A DNA stretch of 64,000 nt from an uncultured Eubacterium sp. Lineage in GTDB: Bacteria > Bacillota > Clostridia > Lachnospirales > Lachnospiraceae. The notes beneath the pieces were generated by a model that worked only from the letters and a program-made list of their open reading frames with translations, had not been told where the DNA came from and did no database searches. A program made the translations under genes and the position numbers. Shown in pieces: positions 29,918 through 41,600 of the stretch (positions are counted from its first letter, which is position 1; every line of letters starts with the position of its first letter). The stretch is taken from the NCBI GenBank assembly GCA_900545725.1, contig URAI01000004.1:3726-67725 (forward strand). Reading direction: 5' to 3'.

Positions 29918-31699
29918 ATGGATATTTTTGGGATACTTACGATGATAGGTGGTCTTGCGCTTTTCTTATATGGTATGGATATCATGGGAGAAGGGCTTTC
30001 AAAGGCATCAGGGGGCAAGCTTGAAAGAATATTAGAAAAGCTTACTTCTAATCCTATAAAAGCTGTATTACTTGGTGCAGGAGTTACTGCCGTAATCCAG
30101 TCTTCATCAGCAACAACAGTAATGGTTGTAGGTTTTGTTAATTCAGGCATAATGAAGCTTAGTCAGGCAGTCGGTATTATTATGGGTGCCAATATAGGAA
30201 CTACGGCAACATCATGGCTTCTTAGCCTTACGGGAATACAAAGCGGTAATGTATTTGTCAGGCTTTTAAACCCATCATCTTTTTCACCGGTGCTTGCAGT
30301 TATCGGTGTAATATTTATAATGTTTTCAAAGCGTGAGAAGTTACATGATATTGGAAAGATTATGGTTGGTTTTGCAATACTTATGACTGGTATGTCAACA
30401 ATGAGTGATGCGGTTAAACCGCTTGCACAGGTTAAAGAATTTACAAATATCCTTACGATGTTTTCTAATCCTGTCCTTGGTATGCTTGCGGGTGCAGTGC
30501 TTACGGCTGTTATACAGAGTTCATCGGCTTCTGTAGGTATATTGCAGGCACTTTGTGCAACAGGTTCAATAACATATGCAACAGCACTTCCTGTTATTAT
30601 GGGACAGAATATTGGAACTTGTGTAACGGCATTATTATCAAGTATAGGAGCAAGCAGAAATGCTAAAAGAGCAGCTCTGGTTCATCTGTATTTTAATATA
30701 ATTGGAACGGTATTATTTATGTGTGTATTCTATATAATCAATGTGTTTAATCCTTTTGCATTTTTATCGGAGGGAGCTAATCCTGCGGGAATTGCGGTAA
30801 TACACAGTATATTTAATATAACAGCTACAATCGTATTGCTTCCATTCAGCAAAGGTCTTGAAAAGCTTGCTTATCTTACTGTAAAAGAGGAGGATAGTGA
30901 AAAACAGATAGAAGCAGATAATGAATTTGCATTACTTGACGAAAGATTTCTTGATAAGCCGTCTCTTGCATTACAGCACAGCTTTAAAGCAACTAAGAAT
31001 ATGGCAGATATATCTAAAAAATGTCTGTTTACATCCTTTGAGCTTCTTGATAAATATGATGAAGAAAAGGTTCAGTTAGTAAGTAATCTTGAGGATAAGG
31101 TGGATAAATATGAGGATATATTAGGAACTTATCTGTTAAAGATCAGCAGTAAGAATCTGTCAGAAAAAGATTCGGAGGATTTGACAATGCTTCTTCATAC
31201 TATCGGAAATTTTGAAAGAATATCAGACCATGCTTGTAATATCACACAGGCTGCAAGACAGATGTATGAAAAGAAGCTTGAATTTTCAGAAAAAGCCAAA
31301 GAAGAGCTTGATGTGTTCAGGGCAGCACTTACAGATATAGTAGATATTGCTTTTGAATGTTTTACAAAAAAAGATGATAATCTCGCTAAAAATGTTGAGC
31401 CGCTTGAAGAGGTAATAGATGACCTTAATATGGAACTTAAGGCAAGGCATGTAAGAAGATTAAGAGAAGGAAGATGTACACTTGATTTAGGTTTTGTATT
31501 ATCAGATATTACGACTAATTTTGAAAGAGTTGCAGATCATTGCTCTAATATTGCTGTATGTCTTATACAGATTAAGAATGACGGTTTTGATACACATGGA
31601 TATATGGATACTGTTAAAAGAGAGGATAATGAGCAGTTTAAAAGTAAGTTCTCAATGTATAAAAAACAGTTTAAGCTTCCAGAGAGCAGAAGCTGTTAA
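29918..31699 (+). CDS. Na/Pi cotransporter (NptA family) with C-terminal PhoU domains
   Basis: Two QSSS repeats, GANIGTT/GQNIGT, C-terminal FERISDH and FERVADH. Confidence 0.92.
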   Translation: MDIFGILTMIGGLALFLYGMDIMGEGLSKASGGKLERILEKLTSNPIKAVLLGAGVTAVIQSSSATTVMVVGFVNSGIMKLSQAVGIIMGANIGTTATSWLLSLTGIQSGNVFVRLLNPSSFSPVLAVIGVIFIMFSKREKLHDIGKIMVGFAILMTGMSTMSDAVKPLAQVKEFTNILTMFSNPVLGMLAGAVLTAVIQSSSASVGILQALCATGSITYATALPVIMGQNIGTCVTALLSSIGASRNAKRAALVHLYFNIIGTVLFMCVFYIINVFNPFAFLSEGANPAGIAVIHSIFNITATIVLLPFSKGLEKLAYLTVKEEDSEKQIEADNEFALLDERFLDKPSLALQHSFKATKNMADISKKCLFTSFELLDKYDEEKVQLVSNLEDKVDKYEDILGTYLLKISSKNLSEKDSEDLTMLLHTIGNFERISDHACNITQAARQMYEKKLEFSEKAKEELDVFRAALTDIVDIAFECFTKKDDNLAKNVEPLEEVIDDLNMELKARHVRRLREGRCTLDLGFVLSDITTNFERVADHCSNIAVCLIQIKNDGFDTHGYMDTVKREDNEQFKSKFSMYKKQFKLPESRSC

Positions 31700-31827
31700 G
31701 ATGGTGTACAATACAAATGTTTAGGCAGTCAGAATTAATTATAATCCGATAAGGAATATATTAAGATGATAGTTATATATCTAAACAGTGATTATATAAA
31801 GTTATATTAATAGAAGGGAATGTCAAT

Positions 31828-32514
31828 ATGGCACTTATATATGTAGTAGAGGATGATAAAAATATTAGTGAGATAGAGAGCTTTGCACTTAAAAATGCCG
31901 GACATCAGATTGTAGAATGTTCATGTGCCAAAGAGTTTCATAAGCAGGTTCAGGACAGACTTCCTGATTTAATTCTACTTGATATAATGCTTCCTGATGA
32001 GGATGGACTTATTATACTTAACAAATTAAGAAGGGTTCCTGAAACAAAAAGAATCCCTGTAATAATGGTAACGGCAAAAACAACGGAGATTGATAAGGTG
32101 AAGGGTCTTGATATGGGAGCTGATGATTATCTTACGAAGCCTTTTGGTGTAATGGAGCTTATATCAAGAGTTAAGGCACTTCTTAGAAGAGCCGGTGGAA
32201 TGGAAGAGGAGAAATTCTTACATGTAGGCTGTCTGTTTATTGATGATGAAAAACATTTGGCATATGTAGAAGATTCTCCTGTGGAGCTTACATATAAGGA
32301 ATATGAATTGTTAAAATATCTTACGATTAATCAGGGAATAGTTTTATCAAGGGATAACATTATGGAGAAAATATGGAGTTCTGATTATGAGGGTGAGTCA
32401 AGAACCCTTGATGTACATATAAAGACATTACGTCAGAAGCTAAAGAAAGCAGGAGCGTATATAAAAACGGTAAGAAATGTAGGATATTTCCTTGATAGTG
32501 ATAATGCGGATTAG
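31828..32514 (+). CDS. phoP: OmpR/PhoB-family response regulator
   Basis: VEDD, LLDIMLP, GADDYLTKPF, RTLDVHIKTLR; pho context. Confidence 0.85.
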   Translation: MALIYVVEDDKNISEIESFALKNAGHQIVECSCAKEFHKQVQDRLPDLILLDIMLPDEDGLIILNKLRRVPETKRIPVIMVTAKTTEIDKVKGLDMGADDYLTKPFGVMELISRVKALLRRAGGMEEEKFLHVGCLFIDDEKHLAYVEDSPVELTYKEYELLKYLTINQGIVLSRDNIMEKIWSSDYEGESRTLDVHIKTLRQKLKKAGAYIKTVRNVGYFLDSDNAD

Positions 32515-32535
32515 TGTGAATAAATGAGGATTTAT

Positions 32536-33885
32536 ATGAAAAAAAAGATTAATATACAATTTATTATTATAACTATTGTCGCGATTATTACAACTGTATC
32601 CTTATCCACACTTGTATTTTATAAGCTGTTCAAAAAAGAAGTGATGGAGAGCATAAAGACCAATTGCGAGCTTATAATTGATTCTGATTCAGAGCATATT
32701 ATAAGTCAACCTGATAATATAAGGGAAAATGCTTTTGGAGATTGTATTAATGAATTAAGAATTACACTTATTGCTGCTGATGGAACTGCTGTGTATGACT
32801 CGGATGTTGCTACGTCAGCTATGGAAAATCATAAGGAGCGTCCGGAGGTAATTGCTGCAATTAATAATGGATATGGTGAGGCTGTAAGGAAGTCACATAC
32901 AATAGATAAAAATTCATTTTATTATGCAAAAAGACTTGATAATGGATATGTATTAAGGGTGTCTAAAGAGGCAGGAAGCATTACAAGTGTGTTTTTAAGT
33001 GTAATTCCGATAATAGGATTTATATGTATAATATTATTTATAATCTGCATTATGTTATCTCATTTCCTTACAAAAAGTATTATACAGCCTATTGAAGATA
33101 TGGCAGACAATCTTGATTCATCGGAAAATATTAATGTATATAAGGAGCTTAATCCTTTTGTTGATACAATAAGAAAGCAGCATGCAGATATAATGAGGAA
33201 TGCCAATATGAGACAGGAATTTACTGCAAATGTATCGCATGAATTAAAGACTCCTCTTACATCAATATCAGGTTATTCAGAGCTGATTGAAAGCGGAATG
33301 GCAACTAATGATGATGTTATAAGATTTGCATCAGAGATTCATAAGAATTCAAAAAGACTTCTTACGCTTATTAATGACATATTAAGATTGTCGCAGTTAG
33401 ACGAGGCGACAGGTGATGATGTATTTGAAAAAATAAATATATATGATATTGCACAAAGCAGCGTTGAAATGCTTCAGATGACGGCTGATAAAAACAATGT
33501 AAGTATAACAGTATCCGGCTCTACACAGTATATTTATGCTAACAGGCAGATGATGGATGAGCTTATATATAATCTTTGTGATAATGCGATAAGATATAAT
33601 AATCCCGGCGGAAGTGTACATGTATCGGTAACTAAGGATAATTCAGATGTAATAGTTGAAGTTAAAGATAATGGTATAGGCATATCAAAAGAAAATCAGC
33701 AAAGAATATTTGAAAGATTCTACAGGGTTGATAAAAGCAGGTCAAAACAGACAGGAGGAACCGGTCTTGGACTTGCAATTGTAAAGCATATTGTTGCAAG
33801 ACACGAAAATGCAAGGCTTGAGCTTGAAAGTGAAGAGGAAAAAGGTACTACAATTCGTGTTATTTTTAAGACAGATAATATGTAA
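32536..33885 (+). CDS. phoR: Sensor histidine kinase, PhoR-like
   Basis: MENHKERPEV sensor, NVSHELKTPL, FYRVDKSRS, GTGLGLAIVKH. Confidence 0.85.
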   Translation: MKKKINIQFIIITIVAIITTVSLSTLVFYKLFKKEVMESIKTNCELIIDSDSEHIISQPDNIRENAFGDCINELRITLIAADGTAVYDSDVATSAMENHKERPEVIAAINNGYGEAVRKSHTIDKNSFYYAKRLDNGYVLRVSKEAGSITSVFLSVIPIIGFICIILFIICIMLSHFLTKSIIQPIEDMADNLDSSENINVYKELNPFVDTIRKQHADIMRNANMRQEFTANVSHELKTPLTSISGYSELIESGMATNDDVIRFASEIHKNSKRLLTLINDILRLSQLDEATGDDVFEKINIYDIAQSSVEMLQMTADKNNVSITVSGSTQYIYANRQMMDELIYNLCDNAIRYNNPGGSVHVSVTKDNSDVIVEVKDNGIGISKENQQRIFERFYRVDKSRSKQTGGTGLGLAIVKHIVARHENARLELESEEEKGTTIRVIFKTDNM

Positions 33886-34112
33886 ATAATTAAATATAAT
33901 ATGTAAAGACTGTTGTAATAATGAAATCAGTGTATGAAAATGGCATTTACAGATATAAATGCTATGACTGAAAATATTTTTTATTGCGGCAGTCCCTTTT
34001 TATATGTTATATTAAAGAGTAAGGTTATGTAGTGTGAAAATAATGCCTGCGGAAAGGAACTTATTATATATATAAGCTTTTGGAGGGGAAAAGTTAAAAT
34101 CAGAGGTGAGAT

Positions 34113-36266
34113 ATGAATATTATATTTAAGATATTTAAAAAGGATATAAAAAATCTAATGCGTAATATCCTTGCACTTATTATAGCTATAGGTCTGTGTA
34201 TAATACCATCCTTATATGCCTGGTTTAATATTTATTCCAACTGGGATCCATATGCTAATACATCATCTTTAAAGATTGCAGTTGCAACATGTGACACCGG
34301 TTATACAGGAATGGATAACAGTAATGTCAATATGGGAGATAAGATTATTGACCAGTTACATGATAATAAGAATATTGGCTGGCTGTTTTGTGACAGTAAA
34401 GATGAGGCACTTGATGGAGTATATAGTGGAGAATATTATGCAGCCATTATAATAGGAGAAGATTTTAGTAAGAGCCTTTATGATTTCCTTGAAAACGGAC
34501 TTAATCATCCTCAGGTTACATATTATGAGAATAGTAAAAAGAATGCAGTTGCATCTAAGATAACAGATACGGCAAGGTCTACATTACAGCAGAGTATTAA
34601 TACTGAATTTATTAATGTGGTAGCACAGACAGCAATAGAAAATCTAAACAGGCTGTCAGAATTAAATGAAGGAAAGCTTACGGATATAACAGATAAGATA
34701 ACATCAGTAAAGTATAATCTGTTAGACTATTCAGATGTTATTGATGCATTTACAGAATGTAATGCAAAGTTATCGGAGGATATTCTTAAGATAAAAGATA
34801 CTCTTCCGCAGGCACAAAATGCCGTTGATACCACTATTAATTCAGCTAATGTTACCCAGTCTACAGTATCAGAAACTGTTACCCAGCTTACGGCACAGAT
34901 GGGAACAGTACTTGATGTTATTAATCTTAAGGCACAGAGTATGAATGAGCATATAGGTAATGCATCAGAGAGCGCCCTTGATGATACTAAAGCAGCTTCT
35001 GAGGAACTTGCAGCAGCGGCAGATGATATAGTTGATATGATGGAGCAGAATCAGAATATACAGGATATAATAGACAGGCTTTCTCTTCTTGACGGACTTA
35101 ATCTTAGCATAATAGACAGAATAAAGAATAATCTTACATCTATTGAGCTGGTTGAAAAGCTTGCAAAAAGCCTGATAGAAAGATCGTCAGATATGATAAA
35201 GGATACACCTGTGTTAATACAGGCAAAGTATGATTTATTAAAACCGATACTTGATGAATGTACACAGAAGGTTACAGATATCAATGATACATTCAAAAAT
35301 GTAATCAGTGAAAATATACGTCAGTTAGAGTCATCAATGACAAAGTCAGTGTCGGATATTACAACACAGCTTAGTCAGGCAGGAAGCAGTCTTTCAGGAC
35401 TTGAGCAGCTTCTTATAGGAACTAATGATATTGTACTTACTGCCAATACATCGCTTAGTGACACTAAAAATGTCATAATTAATATGAGTGATAAGATAAG
35501 CACGGTAACAGACAGGCTGTCTAAGATAAGTGACGGCGATGCATATAAGGCTGTTACCGGACTTCTTGGTGCAGATGCATCTTCATATGCACAATTTTTT
35601 GCAGAACCGGTTGAGATATCACAGATTAATGTATATAATGCGGTTAATTATGGTACTGCCGTAACACCATTTTATACCACACTTGCATTATGGGTAGGTG
35701 CCTTAATTCTTGTTGCCCTTGTAAAGGTTCATGTTGATTACAAATCAGCCTTTGTAAAGAAAGCTACTCATGCACAGTTGTATTTTGGAAGATTTTTATT
35801 GTTTTTTGTGATGGGACAGCTTCAGTCGGCAATAGTCGTATTTGGAGATTTATATCTTCTTCATATAGAATGTGATAATCCTAAGCTGTTCTTTATAACA
35901 GCGGCAATTACAAGTTTTGTATTTACATTATTTATATATACTCTTGTAATATCATTTGGTGATGTTGGAAAGGCTATTGCGGTAGTCATGGTGGTTATAC
36001 AGATAGCAGGTTCAAGTGGAACATATCCTATAGAACTGCTTCCTTCTTTCTTTAAAAATGTATATCTGTATTTCCCATTTCCATATGCTATTAATGCAAT
36101 GCGTGAGGCTATAAGCGGAGTATATGGCTGGGATTATTTTACATATATATCAAGACTTTTAATATTTATGCTTGCTGCACTTGTAATCGGACTTGTAATA
36201 AGAATACCGTTTATGGGACTTAATCATTTTATGGAAAAGAGAATGAAGGATACACAGATGATGTAA
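34113..36266 (+). CDS. YhgE/Pip family membrane protein
   Basis: IPSLYAWFNIYSNWDPY N-domain, coiled-coil middle, C-terminal 5-TM with GSSGTYPIELLP. Confidence 0.9.
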   Translation: MNIIFKIFKKDIKNLMRNILALIIAIGLCIIPSLYAWFNIYSNWDPYANTSSLKIAVATCDTGYTGMDNSNVNMGDKIIDQLHDNKNIGWLFCDSKDEALDGVYSGEYYAAIIIGEDFSKSLYDFLENGLNHPQVTYYENSKKNAVASKITDTARSTLQQSINTEFINVVAQTAIENLNRLSELNEGKLTDITDKITSVKYNLLDYSDVIDAFTECNAKLSEDILKIKDTLPQAQNAVDTTINSANVTQSTVSETVTQLTAQMGTVLDVINLKAQSMNEHIGNASESALDDTKAASEELAAAADDIVDMMEQNQNIQDIIDRLSLLDGLNLSIIDRIKNNLTSIELVEKLAKSLIERSSDMIKDTPVLIQAKYDLLKPILDECTQKVTDINDTFKNVISENIRQLESSMTKSVSDITTQLSQAGSSLSGLEQLLIGTNDIVLTANTSLSDTKNVIINMSDKISTVTDRLSKISDGDAYKAVTGLLGADASSYAQFFAEPVEISQINVYNAVNYGTAVTPFYTTLALWVGALILVALVKVHVDYKSAFVKKATHAQLYFGRFLLFFVMGQLQSAIVVFGDLYLLHIECDNPKLFFITAAITSFVFTLFIYTLVISFGDVGKAIAVVMVVIQIAGSSGTYPIELLPSFFKNVYLYFPFPYAINAMREAISGVYGWDYFTYISRLLIFMLAALVIGLVIRIPFMGLNHFMEKRMKDTQMM

Positions 36267-36291
36267 TATGTGTATTTAAAATGGAGTGTTT

Positions 36292-36741
36292 ATGAGTAAC
36301 GAAGAGAAGAATGAAAATATTAATATAGATGTTGATGAAATTATCAAACAGATAACTGATTTTAGTGAAAAGCTTCATATGAAAAACAGGCAGCGGATTA
36401 AAAATGGAATAATATGTATACTTGTTATTCCACTTATATTTCTTATTGTTTTATTTGCAGCTGACAGTTCTAAGGTGGTATATCTGTTATTGTGGGTGAT
36501 TTCATTATTTATAATAGCAATATATCTTATTACCGTTGCATATATAGATTATACCATGCAGGAAAAATTAAAAAATCTCGGACTTAAGATTAAAAATGGT
36601 AATACGGCATTAATAGGTGATGAGCTTGAGGGTATAATAGATGCCGTAAAAAACAGACGTCCTATTTTTATGGATAATGATGATGAGGACGAAGACGATG
36701 ATGATGAGAACGAAGATAGTGATGAATATTTCATGGGCTGA
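36292..36741 (+). CDS. 2-TM membrane protein with an acidic tail, between the YhgE/Pip genes
   Basis: Two hydrophobic helices; D/E-rich C-terminus. Confidence 0.75.
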   Translation: MSNEEKNENINIDVDEIIKQITDFSEKLHMKNRQRIKNGIICILVIPLIFLIVLFAADSSKVVYLLLWVISLFIIAIYLITVAYIDYTMQEKLKNLGLKIKNGNTALIGDELEGIIDAVKNRRPIFMDNDDEDEDDDDENEDSDEYFMG

Positions 36742-36778
36742 TTATAAAAAAAATAATTTATAAAGAATGGAGATTAGT

Positions 36779-38542
36779 GTGAAAAATATACTGCGTGTAT
36801 TTCTTTCGGATTTAAAAAGAATAAGTACAAATGTGATTGCAATTGTGGTAGTTATAGGACTTACGGTTATTCCGTCACTATATGCCTGGTTTAATATTTT
36901 GTCTAACTGGGATCCATATGGAGAAGAATCTACATCTAAGATAAAAGTGGCTGTTGTAAGTGATGACAATGGAACAGCAATTGATGGAATAGAAGTTAAT
37001 ATAGGCAACAAGATTATTGAAGCACTGAAGGCTAATAATACAATAGGCTGGGTATTTGATGAGAATAGTGCAGATGCTGTTGAAAATGTAAGGAGTGGAG
37101 AATATTATGCGGCATTAGTTATACCCTCTCAGTTTTCATCAGATTTAGTAAGCTTCCTTAGTGATACGGTAACTCATCCACAGATACAGTATTACTGCAA
37201 CCAGAAAAAGAATGCCATAGCACCTAAGATAACAGATAAAGCAAAGACTGCGGTAAAGGAACAGGTCAATGAGACATTTATAAGTACTATTGCAAGCTCA
37301 CTTGTAAGTGCAACAGATACCGTTGCACAGTCAGATAAGCTTAAACAGGCTGGAATAGATGGTAAGGGTTCATTAGTAGACCTTATAAAAAATAAGCTTA
37401 TTGATGCCAATGAAGAACTGTCATCCTATAATATTCTTCTTACATCTTTAATATCAATAACTGACATGTCAGCAAGCCTTAGCGGACAGTCAGCAGCTAC
37501 TGCCGGTCAGTTAGGTGATGTTATTGACAGACAAAGAATAGATATAGCAGCGGTTCAAAAGCTGATACAGGCCAATAAGCTGTCTTCACTCGAAGAACTG
37601 TCAGGTGTTTTATCAGAAAATATGGCAGCAATACAGGAGGTTATGTCGTCTGTAGCGTCAATATCTGCGGATATGAATGGAAGTGTAGATGATTTTAATA
37701 AGGCACTTGCAGACGGAAATATTAATCTTAATGAAACCAAAGATATGCTTGCAGAGGTTCAGGATAAGCTTAGCAGCACTATAGACAGCCTTAATGGCTT
37801 TTCTGAAAGTGACAGTTATGGACTTATGTCTAAGCTGCTTGATACGGATGCAGAAACTCTTGGCAGTTTTATAGCTTCACCGGTATTAATTGAGACTGAG
37901 AAGATATATGAAGTAGCAGAGTATGGTTCAGCAGCATCACCATTTTATACAGTGCTTTCAATATGGGTTGGTGGACTTATCATGGTAGCTATTATTCATG
38001 CACATGTAAAAAGTGTACATATAGATGCAGCTGATTTAAAACCTTATCAGAAGTTTTTTGGAAGATATATTATATTTTTTGTAGTTGGACAGTTACAGAC
38101 ACTTTTAATAGTACTTGGTAATATTTTCTATGTACAGATACAGTGTATACATCCGGTTATGATGTGGCTGGCATGTTCAGTTACCAGTATGGTATTTACA
38201 TTCTTTATGTATTCACTTACAGTTGCATTTGGAAATATAGGTGAAGCACTTGCAATTGTAATTATGGTAATACAGGTTGCGGGAAGTGGTGGAACATTCC
38301 CAATAGAAGTACTGCCAAAGGTATATCAGATGATTTATAAATATATGCCATTCCCATATGCGATGGATGCAATAAGGGAGACTGTTGCAGGAATGTATGG
38401 CAATTATTACTGGAGGTGTCTTGGATGTCTTTGCATTTATATTGTTATTTCAGTTATCATTGGACTTGTATTAAGGATTCCATTTGAAAAGATGAATGAG
38501 ATGATTGAAAAGAGCAAAGAAAAGTCCGGTGTTATGTTATAA
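36779..38542 (+). CDS. YhgE/Pip family membrane protein (second paralog)
   Basis: IPSLYAWFNILSNWDPY; GSGGTFPIEVLP; GTG start after GGAG. Confidence 0.9.
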   Translation: MKNILRVFLSDLKRISTNVIAIVVVIGLTVIPSLYAWFNILSNWDPYGEESTSKIKVAVVSDDNGTAIDGIEVNIGNKIIEALKANNTIGWVFDENSADAVENVRSGEYYAALVIPSQFSSDLVSFLSDTVTHPQIQYYCNQKKNAIAPKITDKAKTAVKEQVNETFISTIASSLVSATDTVAQSDKLKQAGIDGKGSLVDLIKNKLIDANEELSSYNILLTSLISITDMSASLSGQSAATAGQLGDVIDRQRIDIAAVQKLIQANKLSSLEELSGVLSENMAAIQEVMSSVASISADMNGSVDDFNKALADGNINLNETKDMLAEVQDKLSSTIDSLNGFSESDSYGLMSKLLDTDAETLGSFIASPVLIETEKIYEVAEYGSAASPFYTVLSIWVGGLIMVAIIHAHVKSVHIDAADLKPYQKFFGRYIIFFVVGQLQTLLIVLGNIFYVQIQCIHPVMMWLACSVTSMVFTFFMYSLTVAFGNIGEALAIVIMVIQVAGSGGTFPIEVLPKVYQMIYKYMPFPYAMDAIRETVAGMYGNYYWRCLGCLCIYIVISVIIGLVLRIPFEKMNEMIEKSKEKSGVML

Positions 38543-38641
38543 AAAGATATTTTATTATTGCAGATACAATCTGACAGGCATAAGATTAATTTACATATAC
38601 AATATTTTGACATATGTCTTATTAAGAATGAGGTTATGTAT

Positions 38642-41600
38642 ATGAAGAAACGGTTATATATTTTTTTGACAGGTATAATATTATTTATAACGGCTGTTTG
38701 TACTAACATAAGTCAGATTAAGGCTGAGGTGCATATAAAAGATAAAAGAGTATTGTTTTTAAGCTCATATTCATATGACTGGGAGAGTATACCAGAGCAG
38801 CTTCAGGGAATTAAAAAGACTTTAAGTGACAGATGTACTATGAAATGTGTCTTTATGGATAATAAAAATATTCCATATGAGGATTCTAAAGATTATATAT
38901 ATGACCAGATAGAAACTGATATAGATTTATATGGAAATTATGATGTGGTTATTGCCGGTGATGATACGGCTGTGGATTTTATAGAGGAATATAGAAATGT
39001 ATTATTTGACAATATTCCTGTAGTATATGAAGGTATTAATAATGTAGAACGGGCTAAGAAACTGTCACAAGATCCATTAATTACAGGAGTGGTTGAGACA
39101 TTTCCTGTTAAAGAAACTATTAATCTTGCAAGAGAAATTTTTCCACGGGCAGATAAGATTGTTGCGATTACTGATGATAATGCATCTGGAAATGGCTCAT
39201 TAGAGCAGTTTTATGATACAAAAGAAGAATTTGAAGAGCTTGAGTACAGTCATATATATACATCTTTATATACAAGGAATGAACTTATTGATATAATTAA
39301 GCAGTTCGATAATAAAACAATAGTATTATTTCTGCTTATGAACAAAGATAAAGATGGTAATGTATACAGTAATTACGAGGCAACTAAGCTGATATCCGAT
39401 AATAGCCATGTACCTGTATTTAAAACTGATGAGCTTGGCATTGGAGACGGATTTCTTGGTGGTGTTGTAATATCTTATGAAGATATGGCAGCGGATGCTG
39501 CTGATATGGCACTTAGCATAATCAACGGACAAAAGCCGGAAAGAATAAGTTATAAGACAACATCACAATATACTCTTATTGACAAAAATATATTAAAAAA
39601 ATACAAAATAGATAAAAATGTACTTAAATCTGATAATATCAGATATATTAACCAGCAGGATTCATTCATGAAAGTTCATAAGAATGTAATTATACCATCA
39701 GTGGCAATTGTTATAATTCTTATAATATGGATTATAAGTCTTTTATATATAAGCAGGCGTAGAGCCATATATATGAAAGAGCTGCAGGAAAAAGACATAA
39801 TGATGGATAACATTGCAAATAATGTTCCGGGAGGTATTGCTATATTTAAGATACCAAAGGACATTGGAAATAGTATTATTGCAAAAGAAATCAATAAAAA
39901 TTCTGCAGTTTCAGATAGTGTAAAAAATATTGTAAAAGGTGTAACAGATAATATAAGCACTCTTATTGAAGTAATGTATTATAATGATGGTATTCCACGT
40001 TTAACAGAAAGAGACAGGGATGAATTTGGCGATTATATTAAGAAAAATACATTAAGGGCAACTGTATACAAGGAAGATATTCCAAGAGTTGAAAATGAAC
40101 TTGCACATAAGGTGGCTGTTGGAGCACCTATTAATATAACTTACAGGGTGTTAAGAAAAAGCGGAAGATTTTTATGGGTACGTCTGTCTGCGGTAAAGTT
40201 ACGGGAAGAGGATAATTGTAATGTATATTCTGCCGTATATACGAGATTATCAGAGGAGGAAGAGGTATTCAGAAGCGTAAGTGAAGATGCATCAATTGGT
40301 GTATATATGTGTGAGAAGAATACATATAATCTTATATATGCCAATAAAGAAGTGCGTAACAATATAGCATGTTCACAGAACTATAAAGATACTAAATGCT
40401 ATGAATATATAATGCATAGGGATTCACCTTGTAAGAATTGCATACAAAAATATATGAAAGAGGGAAAAGCTGAATATAGTGAATTCCGTGATACCCGTAC
40501 AGGAAGGATATATTTTGTAAAAGAAAAGCTGATAAAATGCAATGACAGGGATGTTATGATTAAATATCTGTCCGATGAGACAGACAGGTATAGGGCAATA
40601 AAGGAGGCGGAACAGTTAAGAGTTGCTAAAGCTTCAAATGAAGCTAAAGGCAGTTTTCTTGCCAGAATGAGCCATGATCTTAGAACGCCGCTTAATGCCA
40701 TTGTTGGATTTTCAGAAGAAAATCTTGTAAATGAATCAACTGAGCAGGAAAAGAATGAATATTTTGAAAGAATACATTCATCAAGTAAGTATCTGTTATC
40801 ACTTATTAATGATATTCTGGATATGTCTAAAGTAAACAGTGGAAAATTCACTTTGCAGGAGATTCCTATGAGAATTACAGACAGTATTAATGATATTAAT
40901 AACATAATAAGCCCTCTTGCACAAAAAAGAAAAATTAATTATAAAGTAATAACGACAGGACTTAAACACGATAATATACTGGCAGATAAGATGAGATTTG
41001 AACAGATTTTTATTAATCTGTTAAATAATGCTGTAAAATTCACGCAGCCTCTGGGAAATGTCACATTTAAGATATCTAATGAATATGTTGATAATGACAG
41101 GAATGATAATAAAAATACCGGCATAAAAAAGGGTAAAATGGCAAAGAAAGGCCGTCATATCAGATGTACATTTGTTGTCAGAGACGATGGAAAAGGAATG
41201 AGTAAGGAATATCTTCCACATTTGTTTGAACCATTTGTACAAAGTAAGGATCAGTATAATCAGACGGAAGGAACAGGACTTGGACTTAGCATTGTAAAAG
41301 GCATTATTGATGAGATGAAAGGTAAAATATCAGTTAAGAGCCAGCTGGGATTTGGTACCGAGTTTACGGTTGAACTTATTCTTAGTGAGTCAGAAAGTAT
41401 TAGTTCTAATGTTAAAAATGCATGGAACGATTCCGGTAATATATATGATAATACAATATTAAAAGATAGAAATATTCTTTTATGTGAAGATAATGAGATG
41501 AACAGACAGATTGCAGGAAAGATTCTTGAAAAAATGGGTATCAATATAACATTTGCAGTCAATGGTAAAGATGGTGTTGAGAAATTTGCACAGTCTGAGG

